The notes: generated from the letters alone by a model not told the origin. A stretch of 64,000 bases of DNA from Cyanophora paradoxa CCMP329 (GCA_004431415.1 QPMI01000044.1:186001-250000), one strand, 5' to 3'; shown: positions 51,419 to 61,768, counted from the first letter of the stretch. Numbers and translations: made by a program.

Positions 51419-52294
51419 TTAAGCAAAACTGCGATCAAACGGATGAAACTCACTATCTGTGTTTCTGATTGACGAGCGAAGTGATGCCTTTGTGTATGAA
51501 GAATCTTCAATTTCGAACTCGATAACGAATGAGAATTCAGTGTTAATAGCTGCAGTAAATCCATTAAAATAACGTATTGACACATCAAGTTGTTCTAACT
51601 CAGAATTATGATCGACGGAAACAGGAACACGTTCATCAGATGTATATTTGATTAGCTCTCCAAATTTCGCATCGATATGAATCTTTGCCAACGATGTGTT
51701 TGTCCAGTTATTTATTGTGTGAATCGAACCACGAATCTGATCGATATGTAGGAAGAGATAAGTATGATAAAGAAGATCAACAGGTATATCGCCAACGATA
51801 GCAAACGCATAATCAACAGCATCAACTGTGATTGGAGTATCTAGCTGTTCTGCAGATTCTGTAACAGCCTTTGTGAAGCCGAGCAGATTTGCGAGTTCAA
51901 GAGTTGAAAACGTTAGAGTAAACTCCGATTCACACAAGATGGTGATTTTCATTGACACATCATCAAAAACTGTTAAGAACTTTCGCTGGTAAGTACTCCC
52001 CAAATAACTGTATTGTTGTGTTTTCAAAAGAACATTCATATAATTCGTAAGAGATGTTGGAGTATATGATCCAGCTCGAAATAGGTTCGTTCTGGTTTTA
52101 ATGACGTTGCTAGGATCGAGCGTAATGGTTGTTATTGAAGCATCAGCAGCTAGATTATACATATTGTGAAAAAGTTCTAGCGATTCAATTCTAGCCGACT
52201 TCACGTTTGCTAACGCCCGAGGCAGATTAATTTTGAAATTCGAGGACGTGCCTTCGAACCGATCTCTAGAATCAACATTTACGCGGAGTTTCAT
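51419..52294 (-). CDS. Minor capsid protein (penton, single jelly-roll), 291 aa
   Basis: N-terminal VNVDSRDR...SNFKINLPRALANVKSARIESLE...MYNL and C-terminal LDVSIRYFNG...EFSFVIEFEI fit the penton pattern; adjacent to MCP. Confidence 0.8.
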   Translation of the reverse strand: MKLRVNVDSRDRFEGTSSNFKINLPRALANVKSARIESLELFHNMYNLAADASITTITLDPSNVIKTRTNLFRAGSYTPTSLTNYMNVLLKTQQYSYLGSTYQRKFLTVFDDVSMKITILCESEFTLTFSTLELANLLGFTKAVTESAEQLDTPITVDAVDYAFAIVGDIPVDLLYHTYLFLHIDQIRGSIHTINNWTNTSLAKIHIDAKFGELIKYTSDERVPVSVDHNSELEQLDVSIRYFNGFTAAINTEFSFVIEFEIEDSSYTKASLRSSIRNTDSEFHPFDRSFA

Positions 52295-52338
52295 CTTTAC
52301 AACAATATACGTGAAAATATTCTGTAATATAATATCAA

Positions 52339-53568
52339 ATGGCGCAAGCAGGAACTACTCTGAAAGAGCTCCTAACAACCAAAGGATCGAACGAGCTTTA
52401 TCTATCGCCAGGTCTAACTGTCGGTGTTAGCCCAAAGTTTAAGCCTTTCCTTGAGACGATCCGTCCGCGAGGCAACTCATACGGATTCGCACAGACTGCT
52501 GCTTTCGACCTTCCGCGCAAGCAACTTCTAAATGGCGTCTCCCTATATTTTAAGGTAACAGTCGCTGGTGGAGCTGCCGCTTCGGTTCTTCCTAATGGTG
52601 CTGGTGCATTTATTGAAAACGTTCGCTTTGTTCATGGATCTTTCAAAATGGTAATTCCTGGTGATTGGCTTACAGTGAACGCGCTAATTGATAATAGTGT
52701 TGCATCCGCCCAAGCATTTGCTAGCAGCTATGGCTTTGGAAAAGATGCAGCTCTCGAGATTCTTGATGCTAGCCGAGAGTACGTGCTGAAGATCCCATCA
52801 CAGCTTTGGGACAATTCGTACTTCCCTCTGTTAGCACTTGCAGATATGCCAACCGTCGAGATTGACTTCCGTTCGGCTGGTGTGATTGGAACTGTTGCTG
52901 ATGCTGTCGCGACACTAACGGATTGCGCCCTGGTTTGTCAATTCGTGAATATCCCTAGCGAAGAGGCAGAGTCTATGCTTAAATCTGCGAATGAGTCTGG
53001 CGGTATTCGAATTCCCTTCACGGAGATCATTTCGAAGCGTTCACGCCAGCTTAAAACGGACGACGCAGGAAACGCTGTCGAAATATCCCTTGCTAACGTT
53101 AGCGGACTTGTGCACGCGATCCTGATGACTGTGCGTAATGCGAATCACCTTGGCACTAGTAACCACAATTCATTTGCCGGTAACGGTAACGCTTTGAAGA
53201 TTGATTCTTTTGAGATCATGCACAATAATCGTACTCTCGACATAAGCAATAAACCTATCTCTGGATTTGTTTCGAGCTGCTATCATATCCCAACTCAATA
53301 TCGTGGTGCAACAACTGGTAATTCAGCCCTTGGTTTCGAGGATGGAAACGTCTATGGTATTGTGCTTTCGAAATCTGGCAAAGACTCCCTCCACAACGCT
53401 GTCCTCGGCTACACAGACTTCTTCAACTCAAGCAGCAGCTACTGCTCCCTCACTGTCACCGGATGTACAAACACCGCACCAGCTGTAGTCGATTTTCACG
53501 TCCTGCGCCACAACGTTCTCGTAATTAATTCATATCAAATGTCGACTCTAAAAGTAAGTAACTTCTAA
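52339..53568 (+). CDS. Major capsid protein (double jelly-roll), 409 aa
   Basis: YGFAQTAAFDLPRKQLLNGVSLYFKV, FIENVRF, YFPLLAL...VEIDF and C-terminal HNVLVI; size and position between penton and ATPase. Confidence 0.8.
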   Translation: MAQAGTTLKELLTTKGSNELYLSPGLTVGVSPKFKPFLETIRPRGNSYGFAQTAAFDLPRKQLLNGVSLYFKVTVAGGAAASVLPNGAGAFIENVRFVHGSFKMVIPGDWLTVNALIDNSVASAQAFASSYGFGKDAALEILDASREYVLKIPSQLWDNSYFPLLALADMPTVEIDFRSAGVIGTVADAVATLTDCALVCQFVNIPSEEAESMLKSANESGGIRIPFTEIISKRSRQLKTDDAGNAVEISLANVSGLVHAILMTVRNANHLGTSNHNSFAGNGNALKIDSFEIMHNNRTLDISNKPISGFVSSCYHIPTQYRGATTGNSALGFEDGNVYGIVLSKSGKDSLHNAVLGYTDFFNSSSSYCSLTVTGCTNTAPAVVDFHVLRHNVLVINSYQMSTLKVSNF

Positions 53569-53569
53569 A

Positions 53570-54286
53570 ATGGATATCAAATTGTTTGATCCAGCAGAAG
53601 TAAAACTTCCTAAACGGTTCTTGTTTGTCGGCCCCACCAACTCGGGCAAAAGCACCTACGTAAAACACGTATTAAATGCTGTAGCAAATCAGCTAGACGA
53701 TATTTACGTCTTCAGCACAACGGCATTTACAGAACAGTGGGACGATACCACTCGCAAGAGCAATATTTATGAAGAATGGGATACAGTTTTGGTTGAAGAA
53801 CTTTTAGAACGTCAAAAAGAAAGACGACGCAAGAAAGATGATCGAAAAATAGCAATTGTTTTAGATGACTTGCTTGATAATGACCTAGTAAACGTCCACA
53901 GTGACCGATTAATGCAAAAGCTTTTTACTAGCGGAAGACATTACAATATATCGCTCTTTATCACGACACAACGTCTATGTGGCATTAGTCCGACGATTCG
54001 GCGAAATTGCGAATATGTATGCTTTTCGTCGATTCTATCGAATATTAAAGAGTTCGATTGCGTCTTCTCCGAATACAACGCCGGAGCGAGTCGAGCAGTT
54101 TTAATGCGTCTTTTCCTTGAATGGGGTCATTCGTATCAGGTTTTGATATTTGAAGCCGCGACCGTGGACCGCGTCTACTCTGTTGATAAATCTTCTGGAG
54201 ATTTTTCGGCTCTATTGCGCTTTGTGCACGCAAGAAAGCGGCCCGGTCAAAAGCTGGTAACCAATCCTGTCGCAGCAACCAGCTAG
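53570..54286 (+). CDS. A32-like (FtsK-HerA) genome packaging ATPase, 238 aa
   Basis: Walker A GPTNSGKST, Walker B IAIVLDD, GRHYNISLFITTQ, IRRN. Confidence 0.93.
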   Translation: MDIKLFDPAEVKLPKRFLFVGPTNSGKSTYVKHVLNAVANQLDDIYVFSTTAFTEQWDDTTRKSNIYEEWDTVLVEELLERQKERRRKKDDRKIAIVLDDLLDNDLVNVHSDRLMQKLFTSGRHYNISLFITTQRLCGISPTIRRNCEYVCFSSILSNIKEFDCVFSEYNAGASRAVLMRLFLEWGHSYQVLIFEAATVDRVYSVDKSSGDFSALLRFVHARKRPGQKLVTNPVAATS

Positions 54287-54462
54287 TATATTCTGCTTTC
54301 GCTGAAGCAATCCACAAATAGGAGGCTCCTTTGTAAATGCCGAAGCTGATGCAGTGACTTGGGGTGAGTTGACTCCTGCCTGGCCAAAATTCTTCTAGAT
54401 TTAACTCTTCCTCTGTCGTTTCGAGTTCGAGTTCCATTAAAAAGATAAAGGGTGTTATTCCT

Positions 54463-54711
54463 TCAATTAAACCGTGATTTCGATGTTTGATCTTTATAAG
54501 CATCTTCGAATGAATCATAATAACCGATTATCTTCTTGCATCCATTGATTTTGGTTTCTGCTTTCCATTTATCGGTTCGTTTGTCAAAGGAAACACGGAC
54601 ATAGTGGTTGGTGGGTCGGTGGATTCTCCTCCGGCAATGTTTCAGTAGAAGATATTCAATGTGTTGCTGGATTGCAAAGGCAACGTATATTGGAAGGTTG
54701 ATATCGGTCAT
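54463..54711 (-). CDS. Small AP2-domain-like DNA-binding protein, 82 aa
   Basis: YVRVSFDKRTDKWKAETKINGCKKIIGYYDSFEDAY fits the AP2 consensus (Y.GV......KW.A.I..NGK...LG.FD..E.A). Confidence 0.65.
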   Translation of the reverse strand: MTDINLPIYVAFAIQQHIEYLLLKHCRRRIHRPTNHYVRVSFDKRTDKWKAETKINGCKKIIGYYDSFEDAYKDQTSKSRFN

Positions 54712-54744
54712 CTCTTTTTCGTTACTTTTACATATTGCAATATA

Positions 54745-54765
54745 TTTAAGGCATATTCACGCGAT
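54745..54765 (-). promoter_or_regulatory. 21-bp motif, inverted copy (partner at 55733-55753)
   Basis: tttaaggcatattcacgcgat is the reverse complement of atcgcgtgaatatgccttaaa; it lies 33 nt upstream of the AP2-like ORF. Confidence 0.6.
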
Positions 54766-54766
54766 T

Positions 54767-55714
54767 CTACCTTCGAATTCTCTTTGCGTAATATCCAGCG
54801 GGTTTGGCGCCTGCTCTGAGCAATGGTTCAGCAGCAATTTCGAGTTTTTTTAACTCACGATCCTTCCGGTTTTGACCCGCATACGTTTTCGTTTCAACGA
54901 GACCCTCTCTCCGAAGCTGACGATCTTGCTTCGATCTAGCAGTCGCTCTTTCAATCTTAGACTGGTCAGGTAGTTCTTGTGGCGCACGAATCTCGGATGG
55001 TTTAACACGTCTAGAAATTTCCACACCATGCTTTGTAATTAACCTAACACGGTTCTTATCAACGCCAGCAACAACGTAGGTCTCTTTGCTTGGTTTCGCC
55101 AGACCCTTTGCAAACACGCTTGGCTTAGGCTCAAGTATCTTCACCTCCGAACCTGGTTTAGGCATATTTGTGTTCTCTCGTTCAATATCGTTCTGTCGCT
55201 GTCGAACTTGATGTAGCTGCTCGGCAACCTGTGTTTTTTCACGCATCCACGTTGGTGATCGCTCTTCACCAAATGCATTGTGTGCTGTTTCATTGTACGC
55301 CTTCAAAATCGCAGGCAAGCGGGAGAGGAAATGTGGTGATCCGCGTGCTTCTGTGTCAGCTCGGATAAGTGCTCGCAATGTCCTAGCGAACCTGTCAATA
55401 ATTCCAAGTTTGTTACCTTTAGAAATGTGGTCATCTTTGGCAACATCAGTGTGCATTTTCAACGAGTTCTCTTCGGCCATTGCCCGAATTGCTGCTGTGT
55501 TAAAACCGTTGTCGGCGGAGAAACCCCAGATCCCTGGTAGCTCCGCGATCATTTTTGGAAGTTGTTTGAATGTTTCTATTTTTCGCACGATAGCGAAACG
55601 GGTTGCAATCTCGACCGCTGCAAACAGACGATACCTACCAATAAATAATACATCAATTTGCCAGACACCCGGTGGAGCTGTTATCGTGTACATTCTTCTA
55701 ATTGTCACACACAT
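54767..55714 (-). CDS. Retroviral-type (rve) integrase; start at ATG 55714 or 55693
   Basis: WQID, AVEIATRF, SADNG, LGIIDRFARTLR, AYNETAH...SP. Confidence 0.88.
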   Translation of the reverse strand: MCVTIRRMYTITAPPGVWQIDVLFIGRYRLFAAVEIATRFAIVRKIETFKQLPKMIAELPGIWGFSADNGFNTAAIRAMAEENSLKMHTDVAKDDHISKGNKLGIIDRFARTLRALIRADTEARGSPHFLSRLPAILKAYNETAHNAFGEERSPTWMREKTQVAEQLHQVRQRQNDIERENTNMPKPGSEVKILEPKPSVFAKGLAKPSKETYVVAGVDKNRVRLITKHGVEISRRVKPSEIRAPQELPDQSKIERATARSKQDRQLRREGLVETKTYAGQNRKDRELKKLEIAAEPLLRAGAKPAGYYAKRIRR

Positions 55715-55732
55715 AAAAAGTTTTTGGTGGAT

Positions 55733-55753
55733 ATCGCGTGAATATGCCTTAAA
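55733..55753 (+). promoter_or_regulatory. 21-bp motif ATCGCGTGAATATGCCTTAAA
   Basis: Perfect inverted partner of 54745-54765; lies 38 nt upstream of the AT-hook ORF. Confidence 0.6.
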
Positions 55754-55791
55754 AAGATTGTGATTATGATTAATAATAAAGTGATATTGTA

Positions 55792-56082
55792 ATGGAGGCG
55801 GAAAACTGTTTGGCACGCAAGCGTGGTCGTCCTCCAAAGTCTATGTCTCCGGAAGTAATAGAAGAGATGAAGAAGAATCGATCAGCAGCGGTAAAAGCTC
55901 GTTATCATTCAGATGAGGAATTTCGTAAGCGCAAACTACAAGCGACGTATGAATATCAGGAAAGAAATATTGAACGTAAAAGGGAACAATGTCGTAATTA
56001 TAGACGTCGGCAAAGACAATTGCTTCTAACTTTATTGGAAAAGTTTGGTGCTCAATCGGTTGAGGTAGTTTCAGCAGCCTAA
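55792..56082 (+). CDS. Small basic protein with AT-hook and charged helix, 96 aa
   Basis: RKRGRPPK followed by an R/K/E-rich helical stretch. Confidence 0.75.
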   Translation: MEAENCLARKRGRPPKSMSPEVIEEMKKNRSAAVKARYHSDEEFRKRKLQATYEYQERNIERKREQCRNYRRRQRQLLLTLLEKFGAQSVEVVSAA

Positions 56083-56112
56083 TGTTTGGAGGTTCGCTGC
56101 AAACTTCTTTTT

Positions 56113-59100
56113 TCAAATACGAGTGCGACAATGTCCAAGCGCCATTGTTTCTACGTCATTATCGCAAAGCCAGCGTTTTGTATCTAGCGAATGTAGTGCC
56201 TGTTTTGAGGTTTCTTGCACATAAACACGATGTTTCTTTGAGCGCATACCTCGAATTCCATTCACTTCACATGATAAGTATAGTTTCTGTCCATCTACAA
56301 CTTTACCAAGAACACAATCAATATATCTTTCCCGTGTAAGCTGGTCGGCAAAGCTTTTAGAAATCCCCTTGCATCGACGCTCTTGCTTACCACTGTCGAT
56401 CTGATACCAGTAACTCTTTGGTCGGTTCGCGATGAATTCTACCATTTGCTTACCATTGCACTCATCTTTGAAATTGCCAAGGGCTGTCGATTCTTTCTTC
56501 ATGGTGGCAATTTCTTCGTCCGACATTCCTGCAAAGAATCGATGTGACTCCGGATATTTGCTAACATCTAAAAGGTGACTTATATTTTTCAGATCAGCGT
56601 ACAAATCATCTGTCTCAATTCTAAGGATTAGCGAGTCAGTATCCGTTGCAAGCAATTTAACACGCGGACCCCAGAGCGGTTTTAGTTGCTCGTAATACAT
56701 TTTAAACATGTGTAGTTTTGACATTTCCAAAACACTGAATCCACTGTATATCGGTTTGTTTAATTTGACTTGTGAACGCCGTTTAGAGATAAATACAAGA
56801 TCCTCATCATATTTGACAATTTGCTTCAATAAATTTGGTTGTGCGGCAATTTTTGACAGTCTGACACTATCAGTCACAAGCTCCGCATCGCAATGCTTTC
56901 TCACGTTTTCCATATTTTTGCCGTATAATGCATTAGTCTTGAGTTTGAATAGATCTCGCACATGATCAAAGGTTGCGGCCTGACGCATTTCGGCATTTTT
57001 TTCCACATACGGTTTCATCCAAGCAGTCTGCTTGTACGTAATAACACGATGAGTTTTACTCACCACAAAACCTTGACTTTTGTAAAATTTGAGTAGTCTC
57101 CCATCAACAACATATTTCTTCAATGGAAGCAGACTTGGAATAAGCTTTCGCGTCTTCATCTGAATGCAATCCTTTTTAATCATATCCTGTTGTGATCTAG
57201 ATAGCATCGTTGGATCTACAATCATTGATACTGGCGCAATCGGGTAATCATTAAATTTCTCGTGAAGCTCATCTGGAATGTAAGCATCAATTTCAAGCGT
57301 TGCTCCTATATCACCGTCATAATCGAAACCATCATGGTCAAAGGTTTCTGGATCAACCCATTTAAAATCTCCAATCGGATGTTTCTCTAACATAGCATAT
57401 CCATACAACGAATTTGCATCTATATAGTACAGATATACTGATGGTTTGGATGGATCATAATCAACCATGTCCTTATTGTTCGCTTTTGCATATCGATTTG
57501 ACACCATTGAAATACCACCACGAATACCTGTCTCGAAGAATCTGAACATATCCTCTTGACCCTCATGCAACAGCTGTAATTGCCCACCTGTATATTTTAG
57601 AGCAGCATCCCAACTAAAGCCTGGTAGTGACATGTAATATGCAGGATCTATGCCATCTGTAGCGCGAGATGTTTCCCGATACGCTTGAAACACATCTGAT
57701 AGTAACGTTATATCAAGTTTCATATAAGCAATCGTGTAATCTAACATTGTCTTACATTTCAGCTTTTTCCAAACCTTCTGTGCGTGCTCATAATCTTCAA
57801 GCTTGCACTTTTCGTTTTTCAAGTCATTGTGAAACGCCTCTATCGGAGGTAGCTTACGGTCTGCAAGCCGCTGCCAGGAATTTACGTAGCTGTAGGGATA
57901 GATGCCCTTTCTTGTCATCAAATTAAACGTTTCCGCATCGGGACATAACTCGCGAGTTTGCTTTTTCAGTTCATCTGGAAGCGATGCCGCTAGCTTTTCG
58001 AGCGTTGCTGATAGATGTTGCATGCTGTCGCGGAATACGTAAATGCCGTACTCAATTTGACTCATTTTCTCGGAGTTTTGGAACATCACTTCGAAACGAT
58101 TTGAAAGCGGTGTCTCAGATCTCTCGAATTTGATTTTTTCTTTAACAAGCTGGTTCTTGATAAATCCTGGAACTCGTTTCTCATACTCCTCAGCATTTAT
58201 GCTCAGTTTGTTCATCGTCCATTCCCTCACGCTTTGATTTTGATATGTCTTCTCAAGTCGTGTTCGGACTGATCCAAGTTTTTCAATCAACTTTTTCTTA
58301 AATTCAATATGTGCGGCATGTCTACGAACACTTCCCTTTGCAATTGCGCGGATCAGCAAATGCGAATCAAATCCTCGAGCATTGTGAGCAATCAAGAAAA
58401 CACGTTTTGATTTGAATCTTCTACGGTTGCAGCCAGGACAAGCAGCACCTTTGAAATCACCATTATCATGATCGTGGTCCCAAACCTTTTTGATCTTCTC
58501 GCTGAATTCAACGTTACAGATATAGCAACTAGTAGCTGAATCAAACGTTTGCTTTGCAACATCTGTTTTTATCGCTGGTACCGATGCATTTAGCCCTTTC
58601 TTTAAAGTTGGTTCCATTGAATCTAGCCATTCAACAAACCTCTCCTCACATCTACGTCCGCTATTTACGTGCCAATATTTTGTATCATCATTGCCTGTGA
58701 TCAAACATCCAACAGCAGCTGGTATTTGACATGCAATTTCCTCTGTCTTTCCATTTTTCACAGAGTTCGTAGACATTGCAAGTGTTTCAAAATCATAGGC
58801 TCCAACATATCGTGCCGTTATCGTATTCGCATGGTTCAGGAATTTCAATGTTGAACGGTCGGGTTTTGGAAGCACATCACGGCCATGTTCGTCTCGTTCG
58901 AGGCATCTGTCTTCTTCGATGTGTTTCTGAAGAGCATCATCACCGCGAAATCCTTTTTGACAAGCGAGACAATAGCTGCGTGCGTTCTTGTCAATTCCAG
59001 GACGAGAAAACATTCGACTCACGTTCTTGATCCAAACGAAGTGGCCATAACTACCTTCGCCAGTCACGAATAGCAGAGGAATAGCATCTCGAGCCGCTGA

Positions 59101-61240
59101 AATATAATATGGAGTGATATCTAGCTTTTCATTATCAGCCACATACACGCATAGCTTCAGATTGTTTGCCTCTTCAAACCGACGGAATATCTTTGAATCA
59201 AGCGGGACAGGATAACTGAGCATTGATGTGTTGATCGTACTTAGGTGCTCTCTGTACTTGGCAGCACGTTGAGCATGCCGATCGACTGGGAACTTTGCGG
59301 ATAAAACTGAATACGTAAAACACATATTATCTGGTGCCTCCACGTTTATGACTGCGTTCTTCTTGCTAATCCATGATGGAAGTTCAAATGATGCGCCACC
59401 AACGGCGCGGACATGTTCTAGACTTTGTATGTAAAAATACGTCCACGTTTCTAACTCCCAGCTGTCATTCTCCTGTTCAGCTCTTCCATCGATCTCAACA
59501 CATCTGTCACGCAGCTCAACTTCAATGTTTGCACCGGGGAGGATACGGTAGAATTGATCTTCACTGATTTCATCTGTTTTGAAGCGGTTAGTAAAACCTT
59601 CTGTGCCATTCTGCCTATGCTTAAAAATACCTTTTGCATATACCTTTATAGATAGCCCCATTCGTGTTTCATTCGCCGCAGTCAATCGCTCAGTTATGAA
59701 ACGCTCAAATTTTGCTTTGAAATCTGGGGTGTTCGCCATGTACGACGCGAGCGATGTAACTCTTAGTCTGTTCGGCCTGATGATCGCAGCGCTTTCGAGT
59801 GCGTATATTCCATCTAGTGCCGTCTCGCGTGAACCATCTCCAGCAAGTTCCTCATTTGGCTGTCCAGGGAGTTCATTGAAAAGTGCTACCAGTTCAGCTT
59901 GGTTTTCAGCGATGATTATCTGCACAGTTCGCTCTGAGGCACGTCTCGTTTGTCCGACTACAGCAGCGAGCATTGAAAGCACATCAACAGTTCGTTGCAG
60001 CGTCACAAGTCGAGTTCGAGATCCTGGTGATGAGATTCGGAGTAATTTGTTTCGATATAGTCCATTGCGCTGAGCGGGATGCGCTAAGCAGTTGGCTAGG
60101 CCCAGAGGCGCCCCAAGCAGAGAGGGACAGGCCCGTACGGCACCGTAGGGCGGCGGCAAGCGGGTGCCATTACGTACACAGCAGGCGCAGAGCCAGCGTA
60201 AGACAGAGAGAACAAGAGAACAAGGACGTCGACAGACAGCAAGCGAGCGCCGCGCAGGGCAAGCGAGGGCCCAGGGCTAAAATAAGCGGGCCAGTTGGCA
60301 ACAACGTGGCACCAGGAATAGCAGGCTACAAAGGGTACAAGGCAAGGCAAGCTGCCGGCTTAGAGCCGACGACCAGGGCTAGCTGGGAGTCGGAAAGTGG
60401 GCGGCACACGCTTCCCGCTACAAAAAGCCGTCCTCGGCGCTACGAGCTAAAGGCTGAACTAAAGCTGCGTAGGCGAGGCTGAACGGACTACGAGCCAAAA
60501 GCCGGCTACCGTCCCTGCACAGAAAGCCGTCCTCGGCGCCACAGCGGGCGGGCCAGAGGGGCAAATTAAAATCCATCAGGCCGTCGGCACCAGTATGAGG
60601 AACTGGGCCCAACAAGGGAAGTTGGGTGAGGGACCCACGACCTGACGCCAGAGCGCGCGGAGCGCCGCCAGCCAACCGGGGGCAAACCCTCTAAATCCCG
60701 CCGGAAGGGAAAACGAGTGCTAGCGCTAGCACTAAGCTCGAATTCGAAGCCGGCGCCGCGCCACACGAGCCGCCGGGCCGCGGCGGCGCCGGGTCGAAAG
60801 TTCCACAACAGCGGGATGCGCTAAGCAGTTGGCTAGGCCCAGAGGCGCCCCAAGCAGAGAGGGACAGGCCCGTACGGCACCGTAGGGCGGCGGCAAGCGG
60901 GTGCCATTACGTACACAGCAGGCGCAGAGCCAGCGTAAGACAGAGAGAACAAGAGAACAAGGACGTCGACAGACAGCAAGCGAGCGCCGCGCAGGGCAAG
61001 CGAGGGCCCAGGGCTAAAATAAGCGGGCCAGTTGGCAACAACGTGGCACCAGGAATAGCAGGCTACAAAGGGTACAAGGCAAGGCAAGCTGCCGGCTTAG
61101 AGCCGACGACCAGGGCTAGCTGGGAGTCGGAAAGTGGGCGGCACACCATGAATACGTCTACGCTCATACAAAGTTTGTGCTAGACCTACGATCTGTTGTT
61201 TTAATAACGCTATCTGACGACGACGAGCAAATTGATTCAT
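56113..61240 (-). pseudogene. Protein-primed family B DNA polymerase (pPolB), 1347 aa when reconstructed; interrupted near codon 32 by the LTR element
   Basis: Exo: YDFET, HNARGFDSH, YMKLD. Pol: DANSLYG, KLKTNALYGK, DTDS. Zinc finger CLAC...HIEEDRC; endonuclease VII-like CYIC...DHDH...ACPGCN. Removing 60066-61149 joins MNQFARRRQ...RRIH in frame to GLYRNKLL. Confidence 0.93.
60066..61145. mobile_element. TRIM-like non-autonomous LTR retrotransposon (1080 bp), TG...CA ends, 4-bp TSD CCAT
   Basis: Direct repeats 60073-60408 and 60810-61145; CCAT at 60062-65 and 61146-49; GC-rich like the host; ~400-bp non-coding interior. Confidence 0.88.
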
Positions 61241-61341
61241 TTTGAAAGTGTCGCTAGAAATAAATTTCGGTTGATCAGCGCGATCTCTTATATCATTTTA
61301 TATTGTTGCTGAAACCTCTAAGACATAGTTATAACCTGAAC

Positions 61342-61768
61342 CTAAACTTGGACTACGTCATCGGTGGGAATAATTAGCGTCTAGCTAGAACCTGAACTCG
61401 AGTATGTAATTAGATTCCGATGATATAGTAATTACGTGTAGCATAACCCTTGAAACCTCTTTGTTTTTTAGATTCGAAATACACACAATTAACGTCTAAA
61501 TGATGTTGAAGATTATTCCGAGACCGGCGCTTTGGGGGTCCGCCTAAAATCACTGCTATATCTTTTGCAAAATCGATCGGACTAGACGTTAGATACTACC
61601 TAGCGGTTGCTGGATGGTTGGTTTGGAGAGGTTGTGGTGGTAGACGTAACGAAGGGATGGAAGAGAATGTGTGTTGGAAGGCGTTGGAGTGGGTGGGTTG
61701 GGGTGGTTTGGAGGAGTGAGGGTGGTGAAGAGGTGGGTGGGCTGGAACCCCCACTATCTCATTTTTTT
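61342..61768 (-). repeat. Right terminal inverted repeat of the virus
   Basis: Reverse complement of 50322-50747 (terminal run 7 T versus 6 A). Confidence 0.95.

Larger units (their letters stand above)
50322..61768. mobile_element. Endogenous Polinton-like virus / Maverick-type element, complete (11,447 bp; 10,363 bp without the LTR insert)
   Basis: ~426-bp TIRs; 6-bp TSD GGGGGC (50316-50321, 61769-61774); intronless, tightly packed ORFs for MCP, penton, A32 ATPase, rve integrase and pPolB; markedly more AT-rich than the host. Confidence 0.95.

Noticed and set aside
54045-54518. 157-aa minus-strand ORF inside the virus
   Set aside because: Overlaps the ATPase antisense and has no recognisable motif; a short MELELETT... 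product cannot be excluded
60066-60159. N-terminus MPPPYGAVRAC... of the 1348-aa ORF in the track
   Set aside because: It is LTR sequence read from a non-ATG start; the true pPolB start is ATG 61240, beyond the insertion
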